64,000 nt of DNA from an uncultured Kineosporiaceae bacterium (GTDB taxonomy: Bacteria > Actinomycetota > Actinomycetes > Actinomycetales > JBBAYJ01). The notes beneath the pieces were generated by a model. The model saw only the letters and a list, made by a program, of their open reading frames with translations, did no database searches and had not been told where the DNA came from. The DNA lies in NCBI GenBank assembly GCA_964516515.1, contig CAZEYA010000002.1:1075-65074 (forward strand), given 5' to 3'. The translations under genes were made by a program, and so were the position numbers. Below, in pieces: positions 53,898 through 64,000 of this stretch; the stretch's first letter is position 1; each line of letters begins with the position of its first letter.

Positions 53898-54811
53898 TGG
53901 CCTACCCCACCGAGACCGAGGCGCGGTTGCGCGCCGAATTCGTCGAGATCATCGCGCGATACCCGATGGCCCGGTCGGCCCTGCTGCCGATGCTGCATCT
54001 GATCCAGAGCGAGGACGGCTACGTCAGCCCCCGCGGCATCGGGCTGTGCGCGGAGGTCCTGGGCCTGAGCACCGCCGAGGTCAGCGCGGTCGCCACCTTC
54101 TACACCCAGTACAAGCGGCACCCCAACGGCACGTACACCGTCGGGGTCTGCATCAACACGCTCTGCGCCGTGATGGGCGGCGACGCGATCTGGGACCGGG
54201 TGAGCAGCCACCTCGGCATCGGCCACGACGAGACGACGCCCGACGGTGCGCTCACGCTGGAGCGGATCGAGTGCAACGCGGCGTGTGACTACGCACCCGT
54301 CGTCATGGTCAACTGGGAGTTCTTTGACAACCAGACCCCGGACTCGACCGTCGAGCTGGTGGATCGGCTGGCCGGTGGGCAGCGTGCCGCGCCCACCCGG
54401 GGCGCGGCCGAGGTGGTCGGCTTCCGCGAGATGTCACGAGTGCTCGCCGGCTTCCCCGACGGTCGCGCCGACGAGGGCGTCGGAGCGGGTCCCGAGACAG
54501 TGGTCGGCCTCAAGCTGGCGCGCGAGCGGGGCTGGCATGCGCCGCGACGCGCCGAGGGCACCGACGAGTCGGCCGCGGTCGCGGCCACCGCTTCGAGCAG
54601 CGGCTACGGCCACAGCCGCGAGGAGGGGTCCAGCTCCAGTGACGACCCGGTGGTTCCCGCGGGAGTCGCCGACCGAGGTGGCGCCCTGGCCGGCAAGCCG
54701 GCTGCGGACAGCCGGGGCACGACCCAGCAGCCGACCCGTGAGCCGGCACGACCCGACCCGGGTGGCCTCACCGGCACCGGCACACCCGACCGGACGCCGA
54801 AGGAGACCTGA
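53897..54811 (+). CDS. nuoE: NADH-quinone oxidoreductase subunit E (long Ser/Gly/Pro-rich C-terminal tail)
   Basis: ALLPMLHLIQSEDGYVS...VCINTLCAVMGGD...CNAACDYAPVVMVN. Confidence 0.9.
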   Translation: MAYPTETEARLRAEFVEIIARYPMARSALLPMLHLIQSEDGYVSPRGIGLCAEVLGLSTAEVSAVATFYTQYKRHPNGTYTVGVCINTLCAVMGGDAIWDRVSSHLGIGHDETTPDGALTLERIECNAACDYAPVVMVNWEFFDNQTPDSTVELVDRLAGGQRAAPTRGAAEVVGFREMSRVLAGFPDGRADEGVGAGPETVVGLKLARERGWHAPRRAEGTDESAAVAATASSSGYGHSREEGSSSSDDPVVPAGVADRGGALAGKPAADSRGTTQQPTREPARPDPGGLTGTGTPDRTPKET

Positions 54812-56133
54812 TGGCGACCACCCTCACACCGGTCCTGTCGTCCTTCTGGGACGACCCGAAGTCCTGGACGATGAAGACCTACCGCGACAACGACGGCTAT
54901 TGCGCGCTGCGCACGGCGCTGGGCATGGCACCTGCCGCGATCATCGACGCGGTCAAGGCCTCCGGGCTGAGGGGCCGCGGCGGCGCCGGGTTCCCCACCG
55001 GGATGAAGTGGGGCTTCCTGCCGGCACCCGACGGCGGCCCTCGCTACCTCGTGGTCAACGCCGACGAGTCCGAGCCCGGGACCTGCAAGGACACCCCGCT
55101 GATGCTGGCCGCGCCGCACATCCTCATCGAGGGCGTCGCGATCACCTGCTACGCGATCGGGGCTGAGCGGGCGTTCATCTACCTTCGCGGTGAGGAACTG
55201 CACGTCTACCGGCGGCTGCTGCAGGCCGTGGCCGAGGCGCGGGCCGCAGGCTACCTCGGCACCGACGTGCTCGGCTCCGGGCGGACCATCGAGGTCGTCG
55301 TGCACGCCGGCGCTGGTGCCTACATCTGCGGCGAGGAGACGGCACTGCTGGACTCGCTGGAGGGCCGCCGCGGTCAGCCCCGGCTCAAGCCGCCCTTCCC
55401 GGCCGTCGCCGGTCTCTACTCACGCCCCACCGTTGTCAACAACGTCGAGACGATCGCCAGCGTCCCCTCGATCATCGCCAACGGCGCCGAATGGTTCTCC
55501 GGCATGGGCACCGGCAAGTCCACCGGCTACGGGCTGTTCAGCCTGTCCGGGCACGTCAAGCGCCCGGGCCAGTACGAGGCGCCGCTGGGCATCACGCTGC
55601 GGGAGCTGCTCGACATGTGCGGCGGCATCCGCGAGGGCCACGAACTGAAGTTCTGGACCCCGGGCGGGTCGTCCACCCCGATCTTCACTGCCGAGCACGT
55701 CGACACGCCGCTGGACTTCGAGAGCGTTGGCGCCGCCGGGTCGATGCTCGGCACCCGCGCGCTGCAGATCTTCGACGAGACCACGTCGGTGGTGCGCGCC
55801 GTGCTGCGGTGGACCGAGTTCTACGCCCACGAGTCCTGCGGCAAGTGCACGCCGTGCCGCGAGGGCACGTACTGGCTCACCCAGGTGCTGCGACGCGTCG
55901 AGGCCGGCCATGGCACGGCCGAGGACATCGACGTCCTGCTGGACACGTGTGACAACATTCTCGGCCGTTCCTTCTGCGCGCTGGGTGACGGCGCCACCAG
56001 CCCGATCACCAGCGCCATCCAGTACTTCCGTGAGGAGTTCGAAGCCGGCATGCACACCCCGGCGTGGGAGCTGTTCCCGTACCACCGCTCGGCGATCGTG
56101 CCGGTGGGCGAGCTGGTGGGGGCCAGTCGATGA
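54811..56133 (+). CDS. nuoF: NADH-quinone oxidoreductase subunit F
   Basis: [16 protein letters not shown]...[12 protein letters not shown]...[12 protein letters not shown]. Confidence 0.95.
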   Translation: MATTLTPVLSSFWDDPKSWTMKTYRDNDGYCALRTALGMAPAAIIDAVKASGLRGRGGAGFPTGMKWGFLPAPDGGPRYLVVNADESEPGTCKDTPLMLAAPHILIEGVAITCYAIGAERAFIYLRGEELHVYRRLLQAVAEARAAGYLGTDVLGSGRTIEVVVHAGAGAYICGEETALLDSLEGRRGQPRLKPPFPAVAGLYSRPTVVNNVETIASVPSIIANGAEWFSGMGTGKSTGYGLFSLSGHVKRPGQYEAPLGITLRELLDMCGGIREGHELKFWTPGGSSTPIFTAEHVDTPLDFESVGAAGSMLGTRALQIFDETTSVVRAVLRWTEFYAHESCGKCTPCREGTYWLTQVLRRVEAGHGTAEDIDVLLDTCDNILGRSFCALGDGATSPITSAIQYFREEFEAGMHTPAWELFPYHRSAIVPVGELVGASR

Positions 56134-58871
56134 CACTGACCACCGGCGCATCCGCCTCGGGCCTGAGCGCTACCCAGCCGAACCCACAGGACCTGGTCAA
56201 GGTCACGATCGACGGCATCGACATCTCCGTACCGAAAGGGACCCTGGTGATCCGCGCCGCGGAGCAGCTGGGCATCGCGATCCCACGGTTCTGCGATCAC
56301 CCGCTGCTCGAGCCCGCCGGTGCCTGCCGGCAGTGCCTGGTCGAGATCGCCACGCCCGACCGCGAGGGCAACCTCAAGAAGATGCCCAAGCCGCAGGCCT
56401 CGTGCACGATCACGGTCTCCCCCGGCATGGTGATCAATACCCAGCAGACCTCGCCGGTCGCCGACAAGGCGCAGCAGGGCGTGATGGAACTGCTGTTGAT
56501 GAACCACCCGCTGGACTGCCCGATCTGCGACAAGGGCGGGGAGTGCCCGCTGCAGAACCAGGCGATGAGCAACGGCCGGGGCGAGAGCCGCTTCGTCGAC
56601 ACCAAGCGCACCTTCGCGAAGCCGATCAAGATCTCGACGCAGGTGCTGCTGGACCGCGAGCGGTGCATCCTCTGCCAGCGCTGCACCCGGTTCTCCGCCG
56701 AGATCGCCGGCGACCCGTTCATCGACTTGCAGGAACGCGGTGCCGGGCAGCAGATCGGGGTGTTCTCACCGGAGATCCTCGGTATCGCCGACGGCCGCGG
56801 CCACGGCAGTGGTGATGGCACTGGGCACGGCAATGGCCACGCGCACGGTGCCGAGCACGCGCCTGGCGCCGCCGCCGACGACCCGGGCGGCATCGATGCG
56901 TTGGCCGCCGCGTCGGCCATCGGCGTCAGCCAGGGCCCGGCCGAGCTCGACGAGTCCGGTCAGCCCTTCTCGTCGTACTTCTCCGGCAACACCATCCAGA
57001 TCTGCCCCGTCGGTGCGCTGACCGGCGCCGCCTACCGCTTCCGTGCCCGGCCCTTCGACTTGGTCTCCAGCCCGTCGGTGTGCGAGCACTGCGCGTCCGG
57101 CTGCTCGATCCGCGCCGACCACCGGCGCGGCACCGTGCTGCGGCGGATGGCCGGCGAGGACTCCGTGGTCAACGAGGAGTGGAACTGCGACAAGGGCCGC
57201 TGGGCGTTCCAGTACGCGCAACTGCCGGACCGGCTGCGCACCCCGATGGTCCGTGACGCCGCCACCGGCGAACTGGTCGAGGCCTCGTGGCTGGAGGCGG
57301 TGGCCGTCGCCGCCGCCGGGTTGCGGGATGCAGCCGAGGCGGGTCTGCGGGCCGGGGTGCTGGTGGGCGGCCGGGTCAGCGTTGAGGACGCCTACGCCTA
57401 CTCGAAGTTCGCCCGGATCGCGCTGCGAACCAACGACATCGACTTCCGGGCGCGGCCACACGCCGCCGAGGAGGAGGCGTTCCTCGCCCACGCGGTCGCC
57501 GGGCGCGGCCTCACCGTGACCTACGCCGACCTCGAAGCGGCGCCGGCCGTCGTGCTCGCCGGGTTCGAGGCCGAGGAGGAGTCGCCGATCGTCTTCCTCC
57601 GGCTGCACAAGGCGGCGACCAGGCGCACCCCGACGGCCGTCTTCTCGATCGCGCCGTTCGCCAGCCACGGGCTGGTGAAGCTCAACGGGTCACTGCTGAC
57701 ATGTGTGCCCGGAGACGAACCGCGGCTGTTGGCCTCGCTGGCCGCGACGAGTGGCGGCCAGGGCCTGGACGAGGGACGCGAGGCGTTGCGACTGCCGGGG
57801 GCCGTGCTGCTGGTCGGCGAGCGGTTGGCCGGCGTCCCCGGCGCGCTCAGTGCCGCGCTGAGCCTGGCGCAGGCCACCGGCGCCCGGCTCGCCTGGGTAC
57901 CGCGGCGGGCCGGCGAGCGGGGCGCGGTCGAGGCAGGCGCTCTGCCGGGCCTGCTGCCGGGCGCTCGCCCGGTGGCCGATGCCGCCGCCCGGGTCGACAT
58001 CGCCGCAGCGTGGGGCGTGGATCATGTGCCGTCCTTCGCCGGCCGTGACACCTCCGGCATCATCGCCGCTGCGGCCGCCGGCGCCGCCCTCGTGGTCGGC
58101 GGCGTCGACCCCGACGACCTGCCCGACCCGGCGCTGGCCCATGCCGCCCTGGCGGCCAGCAGCTTCGTCGTCAGCCTGGAGATCCGGGACTCGGCGGTGC
58201 ACCAGTACGCCGACGTCGTGCTGCCGGTCGCCACCGTGACCGAGAAGGCCGGCGCGTTCCTCGACTGGGAGGGCCGGCTCCGGCCCTTCGAGGCAGCGCT
58301 GGCAACGGATGCGCTCTCCGACCACGCCGTCCTCGACGAGATCGCGCGGGAGCTGGGGGTGGACATCGGTGCCGCGGACACCGCCGCGCTGCGGGCCGAG
58401 CTCGCAGCGCTGGGGGAGTGGGACGGCCAACGGATCGACCCACCCCAGGTGGCCGCGAACAGCCCCGCCACGCGGGGCGACGGCGTCGTGCTGGCCACCT
58501 GGCACCAACTGCTCGACGCCGGTCGCGGGCAGGACGGTGAGCCGTACCTGGCAGGCACCGCGCACCGGCCGGTGGCCCGGCTGTCAGCGCCGACAGCCGC
58601 CGCTCACGGCCTGGCCGCGACAGGTCACGTCATGGTGACCGGCCGCACCGGCGCCATCACCCTGCCGGTCGTCGTCACCGACATGCCCGACGGCGTCGTG
58701 TGGCTGCCTACCAACTCTCGGGGCAGCGCGGTGCGCGCCGGGTTGGGCAGCGCCGCCGGGGATCTGGTAAGCCTGTCCGCCGCGGGGCCGGACGCGGCCC
58801 TGGTCGCAGCCGGGACCACGGCCGCGAGCACGGGCAGCGCTGGATCGACGACACCGGGAGGACACGCGTGA
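56130..58871 (+). CDS. nuoG: NADH-quinone oxidoreductase subunit G
   Basis: [22 protein letters not shown]...[18 protein letters not shown]...[13 protein letters not shown] 56130 overlaps the nuoF stop. Confidence 0.95.
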   Translation: MTLTTGASASGLSATQPNPQDLVKVTIDGIDISVPKGTLVIRAAEQLGIAIPRFCDHPLLEPAGACRQCLVEIATPDREGNLKKMPKPQASCTITVSPGMVINTQQTSPVADKAQQGVMELLLMNHPLDCPICDKGGECPLQNQAMSNGRGESRFVDTKRTFAKPIKISTQVLLDRERCILCQRCTRFSAEIAGDPFIDLQERGAGQQIGVFSPEILGIADGRGHGSGDGTGHGNGHAHGAEHAPGAAADDPGGIDALAAASAIGVSQGPAELDESGQPFSSYFSGNTIQICPVGALTGAAYRFRARPFDLVSSPSVCEHCASGCSIRADHRRGTVLRRMAGEDSVVNEEWNCDKGRWAFQYAQLPDRLRTPMVRDAATGELVEASWLEAVAVAAAGLRDAAEAGLRAGVLVGGRVSVEDAYAYSKFARIALRTNDIDFRARPHAAEEEAFLAHAVAGRGLTVTYADLEAAPAVVLAGFEAEEESPIVFLRLHKAATRRTPTAVFSIAPFASHGLVKLNGSLLTCVPGDEPRLLASLAATSGGQGLDEGREALRLPGAVLLVGERLAGVPGALSAALSLAQATGARLAWVPRRAGERGAVEAGALPGLLPGARPVADAAARVDIAAAWGVDHVPSFAGRDTSGIIAAAAAGAALVVGGVDPDDLPDPALAHAALAASSFVVSLEIRDSAVHQYADVVLPVATVTEKAGAFLDWEGRLRPFEAALATDALSDHAVLDEIARELGVDIGAADTAALRAELAALGEWDGQRIDPPQVAANSPATRGDGVVLATWHQLLDAGRGQDGEPYLAGTAHRPVARLSAPTAAAHGLAATGHVMVTGRTGAITLPVVVTDMPDGVVWLPTNSRGSAVRAGLGSAAGDLVSLSAAGPDAALVAAGTTAASTGSAGSTTPGGHA

Positions 58872-60295
58872 TGCTGAGCGCACTGGCGGCCGCCGTGCCG
58901 CCCTCGATCGAAGGTCCGGCGCAGGACTTCAGCAACGACTCACCGTTGCTCGCCGTGGTCAAGGTGCTCGGCGTCTTCGTCTTCCTGGTGCTCAACACGC
59001 TGGTCGCGATCTGGGCCGAGCGCCGCATCCTCGGTCGGATGCAGCAGCGGCCGGGCCCCAACCGGCACGGCCCGTTCGGCCTGCTGCAGTCGTTGGCCGA
59101 TGGCGTCAAGCTGGCGCTGAAGGAGGACATCGTCCCCACCGCGGCCGACAAGCTGGTCTACATCCTGGCGCCCACGATCAGCGTGGCGCCGGCGTTCTTG
59201 GCGTTCGCGATCATCCCGCTCGGTCCCGAGGTCCGGATTCCGTGGTATGTCGATGAGAGCTGGTCCGACGGGCTCAACGGGTCATGGGACCTGATCTCCA
59301 CCCCGCTGCAGGTCACTGACGTCCCCGTCGCGGTGCTGTTCGTTCTCGCGGCGGCCAGCGTCGGCGTCTACGGCATCGTGCTGGCCGGGTGGTCCTCTGG
59401 CTCGACCTACCCCCTGCTCGGCGGGCTGCGGTCAACGGCGCAGGTTGTCTCCTACGAGCTGGCGATGGCGCTGTCGCTGGTGCCCGTGTTCATCTACGTC
59501 GGCTCCATGTCGACGTCGCAGATCGTCGCGGCGCAGGGCGACTTCTGGCTGATCGCGCCGCTCTTCCCCTCGTTCGTCATCTTCTTCATCGCGATGTTCG
59601 GTGAGACCAACCGGGCGCCGTTCGACCTGGCCGAAGGTGAGGGCGAGCTCGTCGGCGGTTTCCACACCGAGTACTCCTCGCTGAAGTTCGCGCTGTTCTT
59701 CCTCGCCGAGTACGTCGCGATGCTGTCGATCTCGGCGCTGGCAGTCACGCTGTTCCTCGGCGGCTGGCAGGCGCCGTGGCCCTTGGGCACGCTGTCCGAC
59801 GGCGCGCTGAACACCGGCTGGTGGCCGCTGCTGTGGTTCTTCCTCAAGCTCTGGCTCTTCATGTTCGTCTTCATCTGGGTCCGTGGGGTGCTGCCCCGGA
59901 TGCGCTACGACCAGTTCATGGGGCTGGGCTGGAAGATCCTCATCCCCGCCGCCATCGGATGGATCGTGGTGCTGACGCTGGCGAGGGGAGTGATCGGCGA
60001 GGGGTTCGTCAGTCAGCGCCAACTGATCATCGCCACGATCGTCGTCGGCGTCATCGCGGTGGTGGTGTCGATGTTCGTCGGTGGTGGTCGGCGCGAGGAG
60101 CCCGCCGAGCAAGCCGACATCGACCCGTTCGCCGACGGCTTCCCGGTGCCGCCGATGCCGGGGCAGCAGATCATCCGGTCCCGCGGCAGCCTGGAGCCGA
60201 TCAGCCCCGAGGACCGGACGGAGCCCGGCGACGCGTCGCCACCCGTGGCCTCAGGAGCCATCACCGCCGGCACGAGAGGGCCCACTGATGAGTGA
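58871..60295 (+). CDS. nuoH: NADH-quinone oxidoreductase subunit H (extended C-terminus)
   Basis: [17 protein letters not shown]...[25 protein letters not shown]. Confidence 0.95.
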   Translation: MLSALAAAVPPSIEGPAQDFSNDSPLLAVVKVLGVFVFLVLNTLVAIWAERRILGRMQQRPGPNRHGPFGLLQSLADGVKLALKEDIVPTAADKLVYILAPTISVAPAFLAFAIIPLGPEVRIPWYVDESWSDGLNGSWDLISTPLQVTDVPVAVLFVLAAASVGVYGIVLAGWSSGSTYPLLGGLRSTAQVVSYELAMALSLVPVFIYVGSMSTSQIVAAQGDFWLIAPLFPSFVIFFIAMFGETNRAPFDLAEGEGELVGGFHTEYSSLKFALFFLAEYVAMLSISALAVTLFLGGWQAPWPLGTLSDGALNTGWWPLLWFFLKLWLFMFVFIWVRGVLPRMRYDQFMGLGWKILIPAAIGWIVVLTLARGVIGEGFVSQRQLIIATIVVGVIAVVVSMFVGGGRREEPAEQADIDPFADGFPVPPMPGQQIIRSRGSLEPISPEDRTEPGDASPPVASGAITAGTRGPTDE

Positions 60296-60974
60296 CGACC
60301 GCTCGCAAGAGCGCCGCGGCAATGCCGCGTCGGACTTCTTCGGGCCGGTGGCGGGCTTCGGCGTGACGTTCTCGACGCTGTTCCGCAAGACCGTGACGAC
60401 GTCCTACCCCGACAAGCCGGCCACGACCCAGGCGCGCTTCCACGGCCGCCACCAGCTCAACCGCTGGCCCGACGGCCTGGAGAAGTGCATCGGCTGCGAA
60501 CTGTGCGCCTGGGCCTGCCCGGCGGACGCGATCTACGTCGAGGGGGCCCAGAACACCCTTGACGAGCAGTACTCGCCTGGCGAGCGCTACGGCCGCGTCT
60601 ACCAGATCAACTATCTGCGCTGCATCTTCTGTGGGCTGTGCATCGAGGCGTGCCCCACCCGGGCGCTGACCATGACCAACGAGTTCGAGCTCGCCGAGGA
60701 CAACCGGGCGGCGACGATCTATGAGAAGCACCAGCTGCTCGGCCCCGTCGAGACCGGCATGCTCCCGGCGCCTCACCCGATGGTCGAGGGCACTACGGAG
60801 AAGAACTACTACCGCAACGAGATCACCGGCTCGACCCAGGCGCAGCGCGATTGGGTGGCCGCCCGCGAGCGGACAGCCGACGAGCACGCCGGGGACGAGC
60901 AGGTCAGGGACGAGCAGGTCAGGGACGAGCAGGTCGGGGACGAGCAGGTCGTCCGGGGGGTGGTCGTGCCGTGA
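60288..60974 (+). CDS. nuoI: NADH-quinone oxidoreductase subunit I (C-terminal DEQV repeat tail)
   Basis: Two 4Fe-4S motifs, [12 protein letters not shown] and [12 protein letters not shown]. The tail reads [20 protein letters not shown]. Confidence 0.95.
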   Translation: MSDDRSQERRGNAASDFFGPVAGFGVTFSTLFRKTVTTSYPDKPATTQARFHGRHQLNRWPDGLEKCIGCELCAWACPADAIYVEGAQNTLDEQYSPGERYGRVYQINYLRCIFCGLCIEACPTRALTMTNEFELAEDNRAATIYEKHQLLGPVETGMLPAPHPMVEGTTEKNYYRNEITGSTQAQRDWVAARERTADEHAGDEQVRDEQVRDEQVGDEQVVRGVVVP

Positions 60975-61789
60975 GCCTCGGTGAGGCGTGGCTGTTCTGG
61001 ATCCTGGGGCCACTGATGGTCCTGGCGGCGCTCGGCCTGCTGTTTGCGCAGAAGGCGGTCCACGCCGCGATGTCCATGGCGGTCGTCATGATCAGCCTCG
61101 GTGGGGTCTACGTGGCGCTGGGCGCGCCGTTCCTCGGCGTGGTCCAGGTGTTCGTCTACACCGGCGCGATCATGATGCTGTTCCTGTTCGTGCTTATGCT
61201 GATCGGCGTCGACGCCTCGGACTCGCTGGTCGAGACACTGCGCGGGCAGCGGCTCATCGGCGTGCTGGCCGCGCTGGGCTTCGCCGTGCTGCTGATCGCC
61301 GCCGTCGGCCAGGCGTCCTTCCCGCCTGCACAGGGACTCGACACCGCCAACGCCGCGAACAACGGACACCTCAAGGGCCTCGCCGCGCTGATCTTCAGCA
61401 AGTACGTCTGGTCGTTCGAACTGACCGGAGCGCTGCTGGTCACCGCCGCCCTGGGCGCCATGGTGCTGGCCCACCGCGAGCGGCTGACCGACAAACCCAC
61501 CCAGCGCAGCATCTCCGAGCGGCGGCTGCGCGAGGGCAAGCGCTTCACCCCGCTGCCCAGCCCCGGGGTGTACGCGCGGCACAACTCCGTCGACACCCCC
61601 GCGCTGCTGCCCGACGGCACGCCGAGCGAGATCTCGGTGTCGCGGGTCGTCGCCGCCCGCGGCCAGGAGCGCCCCAACACCGACCTCGTCGACGACGTGC
61701 CCGAGATCACCGCGGACATCGACCCGACCCGGCGCGGCACGGTGCTTCGTGGCAGTGCGCCGCCGGTGCGCACCCCCGGAGGTGAGTGA
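60971..61789 (+). CDS. nuoJ: NADH-quinone oxidoreductase subunit J (extended C-terminus)
   Basis: [27 protein letters not shown] 60971 overlaps the nuoI stop. Confidence 0.9.
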   Translation: MSLGEAWLFWILGPLMVLAALGLLFAQKAVHAAMSMAVVMISLGGVYVALGAPFLGVVQVFVYTGAIMMLFLFVLMLIGVDASDSLVETLRGQRLIGVLAALGFAVLLIAAVGQASFPPAQGLDTANAANNGHLKGLAALIFSKYVWSFELTGALLVTAALGAMVLAHRERLTDKPTQRSISERRLREGKRFTPLPSPGVYARHNSVDTPALLPDGTPSEISVSRVVAARGQERPNTDLVDDVPEITADIDPTRRGTVLRGSAPPVRTPGGE

Positions 61790-61801
61790 CCAGTGGACGG
61801 T

Positions 61802-62092
61802 ATGAACTGGCTCTACCTCTCGATGATCCTGTTCACCATCGGCGGCGCCGTGGTGATGCTGCGCCGCAACGCCATCGTCGTGTTCATGGGCGTCGAACTG
61901 ATGCTCAACGCCGCCAACCTGGCCTTCGTCGTCTTCGCCCGGCAGAACGGCTCGCTGGACGGCCAGGTCGTCGCGCTGTTCGTCATGCTCGTCGCCGCCG
62001 CCGAGGTCGTCGTGGGCCTGGCCATCATCATGGCGATCTTCCGGACCCGCCGGTCGGCGTCGGTCGACGACGCCAACCTGCTGAAGTACTGA
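61802..62092 (+). CDS. nuoK: NADH-quinone oxidoreductase subunit K
   Basis: [43 protein letters not shown] (GTG 61793 is an alternative start). Confidence 0.9.
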   Translation: MNWLYLSMILFTIGGAVVMLRRNAIVVFMGVELMLNAANLAFVVFARQNGSLDGQVVALFVMLVAAAEVVVGLAIIMAIFRTRRSASVDDANLLKY

Positions 62093-62102
62093 GAGGCCCG
62101 GC

Positions 62103-64000
62103 ATGAGCGTCACCGACCTCACCCTGTCCGACCTGGCGTGGCTGATCGTCGCCGTCCCCGCCGCGATGTCGGCGATCCTGCTGCTGGGCGGCAAGGCGCT
62201 GGACCGAATCGGGCACTGGCTGGGTGTGCTGGCCAGCGCCACCTCGGGGGTGTTCGGCGTCGCCCTGCTGGTCGCGATGATCACTCGGGAGGCCGAGGAG
62301 AGGTCCGTGGCCTCCTCTGCGTTCTCCTGGGTGCCGGCCGGGTCGTTCCAGCTGTCCGCCGGCCTGCTGGTCGACCCGCTCTCGATCGCGTTCGTGCTGC
62401 TGATCACCACTGTCGGGACTTTGATCCACGTCTACTCCGTGGCGTACATGGCGAACGACCCGTCCCGCCGGCGATTCTTCGCCTACCTCAACCTGTTCGT
62501 CGCCTCGATGCTGCTGCTGGTGCTCGCGGACTCCTACCTGCTGCTCTACGTCGGCTGGGAGGGCGTCGGCCTGGCGTCCTACCTGCTCATCGGGTTCTGG
62601 AACTACAACCCCGAGTATGCCAAGGCCGCCAAGAAGGCGTTCGTCGTCAACCGCATCGGTGACTTCGGCCTCTCCATCGCGATCATGGCGATGTTCGCGG
62701 CGTTCGGCACCGTGTCGTTCTCGGGGGTCTTCGCCGGCGCCGAAGGTGCGAGCGAGACCTGGCTCACCGTCATCGGCCTCGCGCTGCTGCTCGGCGCCTG
62801 CGGCAAGTCGGCGCAGTTCCCGCTGCAGAGCTGGCTGGGTGACGCGATGGCCGGCCCCACCCCGGTCTCGGCTCTGATCCACGCCGCCACGATGGTCACG
62901 GCCGGGGTGTACCTGGTCGTCCGGTCCGCGCCGATCTACGAGGGTGCGCCCGCGGCAGCGCTGAGCGTGGCCGTCGTCGGCGCTGTCACGCTGGTGTTCG
63001 GAGCGATCGTCGGGTCGGCCAAGGACGACATCAAGAAGGTGCTGGCGGCGTCGACCATGTCGCAGATCGGCTACATGATGCTCGCCGCCGGCCTCGGCCC
63101 GGCCGGGTACGTGTTCGCCATCGCCCACCTGCTGACCCACGGCTTCTTCAAAGCCGGAATGTTCCTCGGCGCCGGATCGGTCATGCACGGCATGGACAAC
63201 CAGGTCGATATGCGCCGCTTCGGGCATCTCAACACCGCGATGCGGGTGACCTGGGTGACCTTCGGTCTCGGCTGGCTGTCGATCCTCGGCATCCCACCGT
63301 TCTCCGGCTTCTGGTCCAAGGACGGCATCATCGAGGTGGCCTACGAGGGCGAGGGGTGGCAGCCCTGGGTGCTCGGCACCGTGGCGCTGCTGGGCGCGGG
63401 CCTCACGGCCTTCTATATGAGCCGGTTGTTCTTCATGACCTTCCACGGCCGCAAGCGCTGGACCGAGGAGATGCACCCGCACGAGTCCCCGTGGCTGATG
63501 ACGCTGCCCATGGTCGTCCTCGCGATCGGGTCGGTCGGCCTCGGGGCCGTGCTCGTCCTCGGCGGGACGTTCGAGCAGTGGCTGGAGCCGGTCATCGGCG
63601 CGCACAGCGCCGAACCCACTGTGCTGCCGGTCCCGGTGATCATCGGCGCGACCCTGCTCGTCGTGGTCATCGGGCTAGCCGTGGCCGCCCGCAACTACGC
63701 GGTGCAGGCGGTGCCGCAGACCGCGCCGCCGACGCACCTGCTCGGCGCGGCCGCCCGGCGCGACCTCTACCAGGACGACGTCAACCAGCTGGTGGCCATC
63801 GGCCCGGGGACCGCATTGGTCCGCGGCCTGCGCGAGATCGAGGACGACGGGATCGCCGGCGTCGTGCGCTGGATCGGCCGGACGGTGTCCGGTCTCGGCT
63901 CAGGCCTCGGGCGACTCCAGACCGGCTTCGTTCGCTCCTATGCCCTGTCCATGGTCGGCGGCATCGTGCTGATCCTCGGCGCTCTCGTCATCGTCGCGCT
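62103..64000 (+). CDS. nuoL: NADH-quinone oxidoreductase subunit L (partial, runs off the 3-prime edge)
   Basis: Hand translation from ATG 62103 gives [20 protein letters not shown]...[21 protein letters not shown]...[12 protein letters not shown]. The frame stays open to the window end, so it is absent from the ORF track. Confidence 0.9.
   Translation, partial: MSVTDLTLSDLAWLIVAVPAAMSAILLLGGKALDRIGHWLGVLASATSGVFGVALLVAMITREAEERSVASSAFSWVPAGSFQLSAGLLVDPLSIAFVLLITTVGTLIHVYSVAYMANDPSRRRFFAYLNLFVASMLLLVLADSYLLLYVGWEGVGLASYLLIGFWNYNPEYAKAAKKAFVVNRIGDFGLSIAIMAMFAAFGTVSFSGVFAGAEGASETWLTVIGLALLLGACGKSAQFPLQSWLGDAMAGPTPVSALIHAATMVTAGVYLVVRSAPIYEGAPAAALSVAVVGAVTLVFGAIVGSAKDDIKKVLAASTMSQIGYMMLAAGLGPAGYVFAIAHLLTHGFFKAGMFLGAGSVMHGMDNQVDMRRFGHLNTAMRVTWVTFGLGWLSILGIPPFSGFWSKDGIIEVAYEGEGWQPWVLGTVALLGAGLTAFYMSRLFFMTFHGRKRWTEEMHPHESPWLMTLPMVVLAIGSVGLGAVLVLGGTFEQWLEPVIGAHSAEPTVLPVPVIIGATLLVVVIGLAVAARNYAVQAVPQTAPPTHLLGAAARRDLYQDDVNQLVAIGPGTALVRGLREIEDDGIAGVVRWIGRTVSGLGSGLGRLQTGFVRSYALSMVGGIVLILGALVIVA

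Overview
High-GC (about 70%+) Actinomycetota chromosomal segment. I cannot name the genus from sequence alone. The conserved backbone is menaquinone biosynthesis (menA, menE, menD, menB, menF, menG/ubiE and a menJ-like reductase), running directly into the NADH dehydrogenase I operon (nuoA to nuoL; nuoL runs off the 3-prime edge). Accessory modules sit between these genes. (1) A five-gene, translationally coupled operon at the 5-prime edge: MacB-type ABC ATPase and FtsX permease, an RRE-like/ThiF (MccB-like) adenylyltransferase, and an MsbA-type exporter. (2) A diverged duplication of a SnoaL-like plus ECF-sigma module, flanking a truncated HepT-like gene and a Uma2 endonuclease. (3) A wHTH-nucleotidyltransferase/HEPN-like pair with two palindromic operators. 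(4) The most interesting module: a 438-aa protein with a WXG-like N-terminus and a C3/Vip2-type ADP-ribosyltransferase C-terminus, ATGA-coupled to a DraG-like ADP-ribosylglycohydrolase. This is a candidate type VII-style toxin/immunity pair, and the toxin domain has clearly lower GC. (5) A frameshifted ribbon-helix-helix antitoxin remnant. There are also several TetR regulators with readable palindromic operators, a two-component system, a class B PBP, a DUF3516 helicase, a transaldolase, a GH13 alpha-glucosidase and others. Short tandem repeats are frequent: an 11-bp x5 intergenic repeat, and 12 to 15-bp in-frame repeats in four genes, including the nuoI 3-prime end. I found no tRNA, rRNA, CRISPR array, transposase or integrase. 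All family calls come from motif recognition by eye, with no database search. Start codons were refined by hand where the ORF-track start looked too far upstream.
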